Source: Rhodospirillaceae bacterium (GTDB taxonomy: Bacteria; Pseudomonadota; Alphaproteobacteria; GCA-2731375). Taken from it: a stretch of 64,000 bases of DNA. The stretch lies in the NCBI GenBank assembly GCA_018667855.1, contig JABIRL010000182.1, forward strand, positions 5,503-69,502. Direction: 5' to 3'. Under the pieces are notes generated by a model, which was not told the DNA's origin, made no database searches, and saw nothing but the letters and a program-made list of their open reading frames with translations. The position numbers were made by a program, and so were the translations under genes. Shown here in pieces: positions 34,601 to 43,960 of the stretch. Numbering within the stretch: position 1 is the stretch's first letter; each line of letters begins with the position of its first letter.

Positions 34601-36124
34601 CTAAAACTGAACCATAATTTCAGCCCGCGCGCCGGAGCCATTATCCCGGCTTTCCAGATATGAGACAAAGGCATCAAGTTGCAGTTGCACATGCTGACCA
34701 ATGGCTTGTTGGAATTGTACGGTCAGGGCCGCGGCATCGGTACCGACGCCATCGTCTTCGAACAGGTTGCGGGTATTGTCCTTCAAACCGGCCAGCTCGA
34801 TCACCAGATTACGCCGGTGGTTGTCCCAAAACGCCTGATAGCCAATGGCGATGCCGGCGGCCTGGGTGTTGAAGCTGCTCAACTCGGACAAATGGTTGCC
34901 CAGGCTGGGCGATGCGAACGAGATCCCCAAGGGCGCCAACGGGCCGCCCACCACCGGTTCCCGGCTGACCTGGGTGTAGCGGTCAAAGCCATAGAAGGGA
35001 TTGACGTACACCACGTCGTCCGAAGAATGAGGCGTCCACGAAATCTCGGCCGAGACCAGAACGCCATCGGCCACCAGGGCCGTGTCCGTATCCCGGGCAA
35101 AGGATGCATTGATCCGATAGGCGGTATTGAAACTGGCCGACCGGCTCCACGGCGTCCAGGCCCGTTGCGAGGCGGACAGCCCGGCCCAGAAGCCGTCGCC
35201 GCCCGTGGTGTCATCACTGTCGTCATCGACCGCGATAAAATCCAGGCCCCATGTGGTGGTCGGGTCATCCGCCTGCAGGAACAGACCATACAGGCCGCCC
35301 GGCCGGTTCAACCGTTGCCGGTTCGACGGGCCGCCCCGATCGATCGAGCCCCAGGCATAAACGCCGGTAGCCCGGATATTGGAAAACCCCGGCGCATGCA
35401 TATTGTTGCGCACGATGCCAACCGAATCCAAAAAGTCATTGATCATGATGCCTTCTTGGAAATGGATCCGCTGCCGCCCGAAGGCGTAGCCGAAATCAAT
35501 GAATTTGGTACCCTTGGGATCCAGAATCGGGAACATGGATCCGAAGTCGCCGTCACAAAACGCCGTGCGCACGAAGGTGCCGGCCTCCGAACGCCCGCCT
35601 TCCTCGGCCTGGTGGGATTCCCAGCTATATCGCGTGAAGTTAGTGAAACGGTTCTTATCCAACGGCGCCACGCCAATGATACATTTGTCGGAAGTGGTCA
35701 AATTCAGGTTGGCGAAGATGTCCAGCCGGGTCGCTAATTCGGTGTTCCGCCCCACGGGACCCACGGATTCATAAGTCTGCATGGCCACGCGCCAGGTGCC
35801 AAAGCCCCACAGACAAGGGGTCCAGACCGCGCCGGTCGGTAATTTCACGCCCTGGGGAAGATTGCCGTTGCCAAGGAATTTGCAGCCCAATTCCAAAATC
35901 AACTCCGGCCGGTCAGGCGGAATGACGTAAGGCACCGGTTTGTCAGACAACCGCGGCACCGGCGTTGTTTCGCCCAAGGGGTACAATCCCCCCAGCAGTC
36001 CCTTGGCGTGAGCCGTTGGGGCCGCGCCAAAAGTCAACACGACCGCCGCAGTTAGGAACGCGGCTTGAACATAGTTTCGGATCCGGCCATGCCGTCCAAG
36101 TCGCTCTTTTTTCATCGGTGCCAT
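34601..36124 (-). CDS. Outer-membrane beta-barrel protein (porin-like), co-operonic with the multiheme cytochrome
   Basis: Sec signal peptide (AAFLTAAVVLTFGAAPTAHA). About 480 aa of alternating amphipathic beta-strand pattern rich in Gly/Tyr/Asn/Asp/Thr. C-terminal ... RAEIMVQF ends in an aromatic residue as in OMP barrels. GGAGAGG RBS before MAPMKK. Confidence 0.5.
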   Translation of the reverse strand: MAPMKKERLGRHGRIRNYVQAAFLTAAVVLTFGAAPTAHAKGLLGGLYPLGETTPVPRLSDKPVPYVIPPDRPELILELGCKFLGNGNLPQGVKLPTGAVWTPCLWGFGTWRVAMQTYESVGPVGRNTELATRLDIFANLNLTTSDKCIIGVAPLDKNRFTNFTRYSWESHQAEEGGRSEAGTFVRTAFCDGDFGSMFPILDPKGTKFIDFGYAFGRQRIHFQEGIMINDFLDSVGIVRNNMHAPGFSNIRATGVYAWGSIDRGGPSNRQRLNRPGGLYGLFLQADDPTTTWGLDFIAVDDDSDDTTGGDGFWAGLSASQRAWTPWSRSASFNTAYRINASFARDTDTALVADGVLVSAEISWTPHSSDDVVYVNPFYGFDRYTQVSREPVVGGPLAPLGISFASPSLGNHLSELSSFNTQAAGIAIGYQAFWDNHRRNLVIELAGLKDNTRNLFEDDGVGTDAAALTVQFQQAIGQHVQLQLDAFVSYLESRDNGSGARAEIMVQF

Positions 36125-36217
36125 CTTTAGCTCGCCTCTCCGATTCGCCGATCTGTATTTCGCATATCTATTCGCCATTCCCGCTTGAGGGCCAATTCGA
36201 CCTGTCCGCCTTGCCGC

Positions 36218-38281
36218 TTACTTGACATCGATGGATATGGTTTCCTCGTAAAGCACCTCACGGCCCGCGACCACCGCGTTGGCCGCCGCGCGCGGGCTGA
36301 TGCCGTAATCAAAACCGACCACCTGGATGGTGCTGATCAGATTGATGGGAAACATCTGTGCCAATAATTCGACCTTGGCTTTGTATGGTCCCTTGCCCGT
36401 CAGCGCGCTGCCCGGAATTTCGTATTTTGCGATACGATGACCAAGCGGCTCGATACCTTTTCGGTGGTTTCTCTCGACCGTGGATTCGCCCGTCAAAACC
36501 AATGACAACCGCGTCGGCCGCAGGAAAGGCAGCGCAGTTGTCGAATAGGGAATGGTCACCGTCCGTTCCCGCTCGCCCCCGCGCACGCTTTGCACCAGGA
36601 AGCGCGATTGCAAGTTGAACAACTGGGTATCCAGCGGCAATTCGCCGGCATGCACGAATGCCGATTCATTGTCGCGGACGTCACCATTGGCATCGGTATC
36701 GCCGGACTGGAATACCACCTTGCCATCCGCATCCATCACGGTGATCCGGATCCAGACCAGGCGTTCGCCGGTAAAGCCCGTCGGGGTATTATGCCCGGTC
36801 GTGATATTGGAAACCTTGGCCTGAATATCGATGCCGTTTCCGTTCGCCCTGGTCGCCTTGACGTCGCTCATGAAATAACCGTTGCGCAAAACTTCCAGAC
36901 GCAGCGTGCGTACGTAAGCCAGACGCTTCAGCTGATAGTCAATAATTTCCCGGCCATCATACCGGGCATCGATGGATTCCCATGCCTTTGGGAATTTCAT
37001 GCCGGCAGGCACATTATCCTCGAACTTATCTGTGCCCCAGCCGGCCGCCACATCAAAGGTCAACCATTCCGACAAGGTCGCGAGTTGTTGCGCCTCCGCA
37101 TTGTGGGGAAAGATGCCGGGGGGCAGCAGTGAATAATCGGGGCCGGCCATGATGTGATTGGTCAGCTTCCGCGATTTGGTGGGAACACCGCCCACGACCG
37201 CCGCCGGACCTTCATGATAGCCCGAAACGATGCCCTGCACCTTGCCCATGTGGCAATCCTGGCAGGTTATCCCTTCCGCCGCCGCAGGCGAGTCCCGATA
37301 TTCGCTGAAGGCTTCTTCCAGACGGAAGCCGTTCAATAACGTCACATCGTGGCAGGTGCCGCAGAAAGTGGAAGATGAAATTTCCTTGAATTCAATGGCC
37401 TCCGTATGGATCTTACGGCCCGGCTCATCCGCCTTGGTGACCACCCGGTATTCATTTCGATTGGCCAGGACGCGTTTCAATTCCTTGTCGCCGGCGGGAC
37501 CATAGACGGGCTGCAGCAAATCGCCCTCGACCAGGGCCACCCGGCCGGACGCCTTATTATAGATATTCGCCACTCTGTGGCAGACGATGCATGTGATGCC
37601 TTCACGCGACGTGGGATGGCGTTCCAGATTGGAAACCCCAACCGGTTCTTCCATGTTCATACCAACCTGATTATGACAGCGGATGCAAAAATCGCCGTTG
37701 GTGCCGTTCACATTCAGGTTGATGAAATTTTGCAAAGCCATATAGGCCGGGCTCAATTGCGCATATGAATGTTGCGAAACCGCCCATTCCTCGAAATGGC
37801 GGGGATGACATGTGCCGCAGGTTGTCGCGGAAGGATATCGGCTCTCGGCAAACAAAGCGGCATGCTCCTTGCCGGCCTTGGTCAACGGCTTGCCGGTTGC
37901 CTCTGTTTCCTTTTTCTCTTCGTCGTCGTCGTCGTCATCCTTCAGCAGATTGTCGTCGTCGTCATCATCATCGTCATCCTTCCCCAACAGATCGTCATCG
38001 TCCTTTTTCTTGGCCTGCGCCAAGAGCAGTGGTTGGGACATCGCCGGCGCGGCCCCAATGATGTCAGTGGAGATGTCAGTGGAGATGTTGGCGGAGATCT
38101 CGGCGGCTCCGATTACGAGGGGCGATGCCATGCCCGCACCCGCCGCCGAAGCCGTGTTCAAAGACAGGGGCGTGAACAATAGTCCGCCCAGCACCACGCC
38201 GAGCGCCGCAGCGCCCCCGCTAATGCTGAATAACTCGCCATGGATTTCAATTTTCCGCGTCATGGTCATTCGCCCCATCAC
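36218..38281 (-). CDS. Pentaheme c-type cytochrome with an N-terminal signal/anchor, a poly-Asp/Lys low-complexity linker and a ~330-aa non-heme C-terminal domain
   Basis: Five CxxCH motifs (CGTCH, CIRCH, CIVCH, CGTCH, CQDCH) within about 200 aa. Acidic tract KKKDDDDLLGKDDDDDDDDDNLLKDDDDDDEEKKE. Hydrophobic N-terminal segment. Confidence 0.75.
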   Translation of the reverse strand: MMGRMTMTRKIEIHGELFSISGGAAALGVVLGGLLFTPLSLNTASAAGAGMASPLVIGAAEISANISTDISTDIIGAAPAMSQPLLLAQAKKKDDDDLLGKDDDDDDDDDNLLKDDDDDDEEKKETEATGKPLTKAGKEHAALFAESRYPSATTCGTCHPRHFEEWAVSQHSYAQLSPAYMALQNFINLNVNGTNGDFCIRCHNQVGMNMEEPVGVSNLERHPTSREGITCIVCHRVANIYNKASGRVALVEGDLLQPVYGPAGDKELKRVLANRNEYRVVTKADEPGRKIHTEAIEFKEISSSTFCGTCHDVTLLNGFRLEEAFSEYRDSPAAAEGITCQDCHMGKVQGIVSGYHEGPAAVVGGVPTKSRKLTNHIMAGPDYSLLPPGIFPHNAEAQQLATLSEWLTFDVAAGWGTDKFEDNVPAGMKFPKAWESIDARYDGREIIDYQLKRLAYVRTLRLEVLRNGYFMSDVKATRANGNGIDIQAKVSNITTGHNTPTGFTGERLVWIRITVMDADGKVVFQSGDTDANGDVRDNESAFVHAGELPLDTQLFNLQSRFLVQSVRGGERERTVTIPYSTTALPFLRPTRLSLVLTGESTVERNHRKGIEPLGHRIAKYEIPGSALTGKGPYKAKVELLAQMFPINLISTIQVVGFDYGISPRAAANAVVAGREVLYEETISIDVK

Positions 38282-38567
38282 TATCTATCTAATGCGTCAG
38301 TCTGGCCAAGTTCCGGGTTTATATTACCCCATCTAAAAGGCACAGAAACCAGCCAGCCAATACGCCATCCAACATATCGTTGCGGCGAAAATCGCCACGA
38401 CCGGTGTCGGCTACATACTTGGCCAGCCCGCAACTTGACTGACATTCGTCGCGACATGTTAGCCCAATTTCACAAAACAAACAAAATTGATGCTGATTTA
38501 CCACGACGACCTCACCCATAGTAGCAAAAATGTGACATATTGTTGTTTCTTCTACCAGCGTTAGATT

Positions 38568-39857
38568 TTGCGGAGAGACGAAATCATGAAGCCAGCCAAT
38601 GAGCTAACGGCAAGTGAAGCGCGGGCGGCGTTGGATCAGGGTCGCCTTGATGCATCCGAACTGCTGAACGCCTGTCTGGCCCGGATCCAAGCCCGTGACG
38701 ACGCCGTGGGCGCCTGGTGCCATTTACCCGACCACTCAGCCGACCATGGCGCCACCGCGATACAGGAAACCCAGTCCGGGCCGTTGTCGGGATTGCCGGT
38801 CGGCATCAAGGACATCATCGATACGGTTGATATGCCAACGACTTATGGCAGTGCCGCCTATGGCGACCACCAGCCCGACATCGATGCCGCATGTGTGGCT
38901 CTGGTGCGGGCGGCGGGCGGCATTGTGATGGGTAAAACGGTCAGTACGGAGTTCGCTTATTTTCAACCCGGCAAAACAAGCAATCCGCATAATGCGGCCC
39001 ATACACCGGGCGGGTCTTCGTCCGGTTCGGCGGCGGCGGTGGCGGATTTCATGGTGCCATTCGCCTTTGGCACGCAGACCGGCGGATCGGTCATTCGCCC
39101 GGCGACCTATTGCGGCGTGGTCGGCTACAAGGCGAGTTATGGCGCGTTGCCGTTGTATGGCGTCAAGGCATTGTCCCATGATCTGGATACCCTGGGTTGG
39201 TTCTGCCGGGAAGTGGCGGATATCCATCTCATGCGGGCAGCCCTGGTCAACGCGCCCCTCGCGCCCGAAACAGCGGACGCAAAACCCCGGGTCGGCCTTT
39301 GCCGCACCCATGAATGGTATCAGGCCGATCAGGACAGCCGGGCGGCGGTCCTTGGCGCCGCGAAATGTCTGGAGAAGGCCGGCGCGGAGGTGGTTGATGT
39401 GGACCTGCCGACACCGATTGACCGTTTGCTTGAGCAGCAGAAAATAGTCATGGCGCAAAACGCAGCCCGCGATCTGGCATTTGAATACAATCACCATCGC
39501 GATCTATTGAGCTCCCATATCATTGCCTTGATTGAAGCGGGGATGGCGGTTGATTTCGCGACCTATCAGGCCGCCCTGCTCGACGCCGCGGAGGGCCGGC
39601 ACAAGCTGCAATCGGTCTTCAGAGAGGTGGATGTCCTGTTATGCCCCTCTGCCCCGGGCGAGGCGCCGGAAGGTCTGGGTGGAACGGGCGATCCGGTCTT
39701 CAACCGCGTTTGGACGTTACTGGGCAACCCTTGCGTCAATCTGCCGGGTCATCTTGGTGGCAAGGGTCTGCCCGTGGGCGTACAGGCGGTAGGCGCGTTG
39801 GGTCAGGACGAAAAACTGCTGGCCCATTGTCATTGGATGGAACGGCGGATCGTCTAG
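38568..39857 (+). CDS. Amidase-signature family amidase
   Basis: GGSSSGSAAAVA amidase signature, with the Ser-cisSer-Lys catalytic pattern (GKTVSTEFAY ... TPGGSSSGS). Confidence 0.85.
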   Translation: MRRDEIMKPANELTASEARAALDQGRLDASELLNACLARIQARDDAVGAWCHLPDHSADHGATAIQETQSGPLSGLPVGIKDIIDTVDMPTTYGSAAYGDHQPDIDAACVALVRAAGGIVMGKTVSTEFAYFQPGKTSNPHNAAHTPGGSSSGSAAAVADFMVPFAFGTQTGGSVIRPATYCGVVGYKASYGALPLYGVKALSHDLDTLGWFCREVADIHLMRAALVNAPLAPETADAKPRVGLCRTHEWYQADQDSRAAVLGAAKCLEKAGAEVVDVDLPTPIDRLLEQQKIVMAQNAARDLAFEYNHHRDLLSSHIIALIEAGMAVDFATYQAALLDAAEGRHKLQSVFREVDVLLCPSAPGEAPEGLGGTGDPVFNRVWTLLGNPCVNLPGHLGGKGLPVGVQAVGALGQDEKLLAHCHWMERRIV

Positions 39858-40335
39858 GCGGATCATGTAATGGGCAAGCCCGTTGCCGGCGGATAAGGTT
39901 TCGGCGAATTTTTGTGTGCGACCGGTCCTTGATCAGGGTTGATTCGTTTTTGCTTCTGGGATAATCATGACCATAAGGAAGCAAGATGGTCGACCAGAAC
40001 GGACGCCCAGAAAGGCCGCAAAGCGGCCGAAAATTGTCGTTAGAACAATTTCTTGACGCCGGAACTTCAGCAGAACCGCCAATATCGTGTAATCGAACTA
40101 ATCCGACTTTGTTCCGGCTGGGACGAAAAACAACAAGACGGCAATAAAATTGGTTACAATAGGACCATCTAACGCGACAATAACACACGGTGTGTTAACA
40201 AGTCGTGAAGATGAAATACGAGTTAATTCGTAGACGGCGTTATCGAATTGGTCCCGGCCAAGTGTGGGTCAGGCCCGTGTGAAGAAAAAAATATATCGGC
40301 CCCGGATATTCGGCGAGCCGGTTGTGGGTGTAGGG

Positions 40336-40359
40336 GGACCGGTGGGCGATCACCGGTCC
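40336..40359. promoter_or_regulatory. Perfect 9-bp inverted repeat GGACCGGTG-n6-CACCGGTCC, 10 nt upstream of the Bax-like gene start
   Basis: Read directly. No U-tract follows, so it looks more like an operator than a terminator. Confidence 0.3.
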
Positions 40360-40369
40360 GAATTAGGCG

Positions 40370-41413
40370 TTGACGATGAAGAAGCTAAGACAGGGTGTCA
40401 TGGCCCCGGCGTTGGCGATAATTTGCCTTGCCGCCGGAGCGACCGGCACTTCCACGGCAGATGCCGAGGAAATCGGCCTTGGCGGTTTAGATTCCATGAT
40501 GCGCGGCGTCGGCGTCATGCCGGCTCTCGAGGCTATTTTTGCCGCCAATTCACGGTCGCCAATCGTCCCGAGGTTTCGACCAATTCGCTTGGCGACTTTA
40601 AAGACGCAGCCGGAACAAAACGCACGATTGAGTTCGCCGCGCAGGTTTGGGCGGCGGGCTTTGCTGGATCTGTCCCTTTCACAATTGCGCCAAGGCAAGA
40701 CGGCGGTGCCGCCGGTTTTTTTGAGTCAGTTTCCCAGCAATTTGACGACATCCAAATCGCCGCGGCAGCGCAAGGCGATATTTATCAAAACCGTGCTGCC
40801 GCTGGTCCTGCGCGCTAATCATGAAGTGCGGATGGAACGCCAGCGGATGCTGTCCCTGATTTTGCAGACCAGCGATGAAAGCGGATTGACGCCGGCGCAG
40901 CAGGCTTTCCTGGATCAACTCGCGGAACAATACGAAGTGCCCGGCACGGATCTGACGGAATTGCAAAGACGGGTTGATGTCATCCCGGCGTCCCTGGCCT
41001 TAGCCCAGGGGGCGGAAGAATCAGGCTGGGGCACCTCTCGTTTTGCCCGGCTGGGGAACGCGGTATTCGGCCAGCGGACCTTTCGCAAGGGCGCCGGCCT
41101 GGTCCCCCTGCGGCGAGAGCAGGGCAAACGCCACGAGGTCAAGGCCTTCAATAGTCTGTATACCTCTGTTCGAGCCTACGTCTGGAACCTGAATACCCAC
41201 TTCGCCTACGGTAAATTCCGCAAACAGCGGGCGGCGTTCCGCAACGGGGGGCAGCCGTTGGATGGATATGCCCTGACGGGGACGCTGAATCGCTATTCCG
41301 AACGGGGCCAAAAATACATCAAAACCATTCGGATCATCATGCGCGCCAATCGCCTGCATGACTTCGACGATGTGGAATTATTGCCGGAACCCGGTAACGG
41401 ACAGCCGTCTTAG
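40370..41413 (+). CDS. Bax-like secreted protein with a mannosyl-glycoprotein endo-beta-N-acetylglucosaminidase (FlgJ-type glucosaminidase) domain
   Basis: Signal peptide MTMKKLRQGVMAPALAIICLAAGATG. ALAQGAEESGWGTSRFARLGNAVFG matches the glucosaminidase active-site region of E. coli Bax/FlgJ. Confidence 0.6.
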   Translation: MTMKKLRQGVMAPALAIICLAAGATGTSTADAEEIGLGGLDSMMRGVGVMPALEAIFAANSRSPIVPRFRPIRLATLKTQPEQNARLSSPRRFGRRALLDLSLSQLRQGKTAVPPVFLSQFPSNLTTSKSPRQRKAIFIKTVLPLVLRANHEVRMERQRMLSLILQTSDESGLTPAQQAFLDQLAEQYEVPGTDLTELQRRVDVIPASLALAQGAEESGWGTSRFARLGNAVFGQRTFRKGAGLVPLRREQGKRHEVKAFNSLYTSVRAYVWNLNTHFAYGKFRKQRAAFRNGGQPLDGYALTGTLNRYSERGQKYIKTIRIIMRANRLHDFDDVELLPEPGNGQPS

Positions 41414-41472
41414 ATAAAACAGGCGAAAAGCGAAATTATTTTTCGGCTGATAACTTCACTTGGTCAAAACTG

Positions 41473-42503
41473 TCAGCGCTTCGGAACATAGAATTGCATG
41501 CCGAACCAGCGCCAGCGGTTGCCCGCCGCCCGTAGTGTGCAATTGATTCTGCTGCGGCCGACGGCAAAGGGCTTGTCCAACCGCACTTCAAAGCGCCGTT
41601 TGCCCAATCGTTCCAGTTGCGCCGCGTTCGGTTGATTGGAGGCAAAACAGGCAAGATTATCCAGCGCGCCGATACCTTCGACGACCGTAAAACCGAAATC
41701 CGGCGGATTATTGCCACGGATCACCGTATCCACCGGCAGTACATCGCTGACAGGCAAGGGCAGGCCGTTGCCGGCCAGCCGGAAGCGCTCGACCCCGCCG
41801 AATTTCTCGTTCAGCGCAAATCGCGGCAGGGCGAACAGGTCATCGCCATTGTGAGCGACGCCGGAATGCTGACCAAATGCGGCGACGAAGCCGGCGGCTC
41901 TCGCCGCCTCTTTCTCCCGGGCGCCAAATTCACCGAACGGATAGGCCAGCAACTCCGGCGCAAAGCCCAGTTCGGCCCGAAATCTGGCGTTTGAACGGGA
42001 AAATTCCTCATCCAGCCGCGCCTGGTCCACCTCGGGCAGATGGGGGTGGCTGCCGGTTTGGCTGCCGATACCCACGCCGGCCGCGACCAGGGCCCGAAGT
42101 TGCGACCAACTCATATAACCGGGCCGGCGGGCATCGATGGCATCGGTTGCCACAAACAATGTAAAGGGCAGGCCGGCCTTTTTCAGCAGCGGCCAGGCCC
42201 GGTTATGCAGGGAAAGAAAAGCATCATCGATGGTCAGGGCAATGGCACGGTCGGGCAAACTTTCCTGGCGTCGAAAGGCGGAAATAATATCCCGCAGGGG
42301 CATGACCTTGTAACCGCCGGTCGAAATTTCGGCCAAGTGGGCTTCAAACTGATCCATTCTGACATTGGTGGACGGGTAATCCGTCTCGCCGAAGCGATGA
42401 TACATAAACACCACCGCCGACGCGATCATATCGCCGGCCAACAGGCTTGGACTCCAGATCAGGGTCGATAGGAACAACGCCAAGGCGAGGCCCGAACGCC
42501 TCA
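41473..42503 (-). CDS. Polysaccharide deacetylase (NodB-homology / carbohydrate esterase 4) family protein, secreted
   Basis: Signal peptide MRRSGLALALFLSTLIWSPSLLAG. NodB motifs: TIDDAF, HPHLP and others. The upstream extension of the ORF looks non-coding. Confidence 0.7.
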
Positions 42504-42584
42504 TTAACCTAGCCAGTTGGATCAATCCCGTCGCGGGTCTATATTTGCCACGCATACATTGCATGATAGATGTGTTTAATGCAC

Positions 42585-42622
42585 TTGGCCAATTTGGCCA
42601 ACCTATCTTACAACCTATCTTA
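42585..42622. promoter_or_regulatory. Repeat cluster in the divergent deacetylase/nitroreductase promoter region
   Basis: Two copies of the self-complementary octamer TTGGCCAA (42585-42592, 42594-42601), followed by two copies of AACCTATCTTA separated by one nt. Confidence 0.3.
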
Positions 42623-42670
42623 ACTGTCATGGTCAGTGCATATTTTGGGGCCGGCGGATTATAGGAGAAG

Positions 42671-43267
42671 ATGATGAGCGGAATCGTCAATGATAAGAGC
42701 TTCGATATTATTTTCCGCGACGGCCGGACCCATTCGGTTTGGCTGGACAAGCCCGTATCCGACATCACCCTGCAGGCCCTGTATGACCTGTTGAGTTTGG
42801 GGCCCACTTCCGCCAATTGCTCACCGGCGCGCTTCTTGTTCTTGCGCAGCGAAGAAGCGAAAGAACGCCTGCGCCCCTGTCTCAGCGCCGGCAATCTGGA
42901 ACAAACCATGACGGCCCCCATCGTCACCATCGTTGGCTACGACTTGGCATTCTGCACCAAATTCGCGACCCTGTGGCCCGGCAATGAGCAGGTTCGCGGC
43001 TGGTTCGAAGGCAATGACGCCAAGCTGCTGGAAACCGCCTTCCGCAACGGCAGTATGCAGGGCGCTTATTTAATTATCGCGGCCCGCGCCCTTGGCTTGG
43101 ATTGCGGCCCGATGTCCGGTTTCGATATAGCGGCGGTCGATCAGGAGTTTTTCCCCGACAGCACCATCCGGACAAATTTCCTATGCAATCTGGGTCACGG
43201 TGACCCCGCCGCCCTGCCCCCGCGCAAACCGCGCCTGGCCTTCGGCGAAGCGGCTGAAGTCATTTAG
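42671..43267 (+). CDS. Nitroreductase-family protein, RutE / malonic-semialdehyde-reductase-like
   Basis: 198 aa. MSGIVNDKSFDIIFRDGRTHSVWLDKPV ... resembles RutE/YdjA-type nitroreductases. [11 protein letters not shown]. Confidence 0.65.
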   Translation: MMSGIVNDKSFDIIFRDGRTHSVWLDKPVSDITLQALYDLLSLGPTSANCSPARFLFLRSEEAKERLRPCLSAGNLEQTMTAPIVTIVGYDLAFCTKFATLWPGNEQVRGWFEGNDAKLLETAFRNGSMQGAYLIIAARALGLDCGPMSGFDIAAVDQEFFPDSTIRTNFLCNLGHGDPAALPPRKPRLAFGEAAEVI

Positions 43268-43287
43268 GCAACGATCTAGCGACGGCG

Positions 43288-43959
43288 ATGCCCATTCTGG
43301 CGTTTGATACTACGCAAGGCGCCTGTTCCGCCGCCATCGCCGATGACGGCAGGCTGTTATCCCAACGGAATGAAGCCATGCAACGGGGCCATGCGGAATA
43401 TCTGCTGCCCATGATCGAAGCGGTCCGGATCCAGGCCGGGATCATATATCAGGACCTGGATTTGATTGCGGTGACGGTAGGGCCGGGCACGTTTACCGGC
43501 GTGCGTGTGGGATTGGCCGCTGCCCGGGCCCTGGCCCTGGTCCACGACATCCCCGTATTAGGCATCGGCACACTGGAGTTGCTGGCGCAACCGGCGGTAA
43601 CAACGACCGATGGCGGCATTATTGCCGCAATCGATGCCAGGCGCGGAGAGCTTTATGTCCAGGCCTTCGACCGTACGGGCCAGCCCGTGACGGAAGCCAC
43701 GGCGGGGCCCGTCCCGAGCTTTGTACCGCCGTCCGGGCTGCTTCCCGGTCTGCTTGTCGGTACGGGAGCCTCCCTTTTGGGTGCGGCATTGCCAAACTGG
43801 CGTATCGAAGGCAGCATCGTCCAGCCCGATGCAGCCGTCCTGGCCCGTGCCGCCGAAGCATGGCGCCATCGGGCCTGCCACCGCCCTCCGTCACCGCTGT
43901 ATCTGCGATCGCCCGACGCCAAATTGCCGGCGCAAGCCGCTAAAGCAAAAACGAAATGA
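43288..43959 (+). CDS. tsaB: tRNA threonylcarbamoyladenosine biosynthesis protein TsaB (YeaZ)
   Basis: ILAFDTTQGACSAAIA ... AVTVGPGTFTGVRVGLAAARALA is the inactive Kae1/YgjD-paralogue signature. Confidence 0.8.
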   Translation: MPILAFDTTQGACSAAIADDGRLLSQRNEAMQRGHAEYLLPMIEAVRIQAGIIYQDLDLIAVTVGPGTFTGVRVGLAAARALALVHDIPVLGIGTLELLAQPAVTTTDGGIIAAIDARRGELYVQAFDRTGQPVTEATAGPVPSFVPPSGLLPGLLVGTGASLLGAALPNWRIEGSIVQPDAAVLARAAEAWRHRACHRPPSPLYLRSPDAKLPAQAAKAKTK

Positions 43960-43960
43960 T

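Noticed and set aside
39736-40188. 150-aa minus-strand ORF in the long intergenic gap
   Set aside because: Cys/Arg-rich odd composition and no RBS. It overlaps the amidase 3' end and is more likely non-coding. It may, however, indicate a decayed gene remnant (see the finding on this gap).
40264-40818. 184-aa plus-strand ORF overlapping the Bax-like gene start
   Set aside because: Different frame from the well-supported signal-peptide-bearing glucosaminidase-domain ORF. Composition is Arg/Gly-rich.
41473-42930. Full 485-aa extent of the deacetylase ORF
   Set aside because: A typical Sec signal peptide (MRRSGLALALFLSTLIWSPSLLAG) begins at codon ~143. The upstream 140 codons are in an AT-richer promoter-like region with repeats, so the gene was trimmed to 41473..42503.
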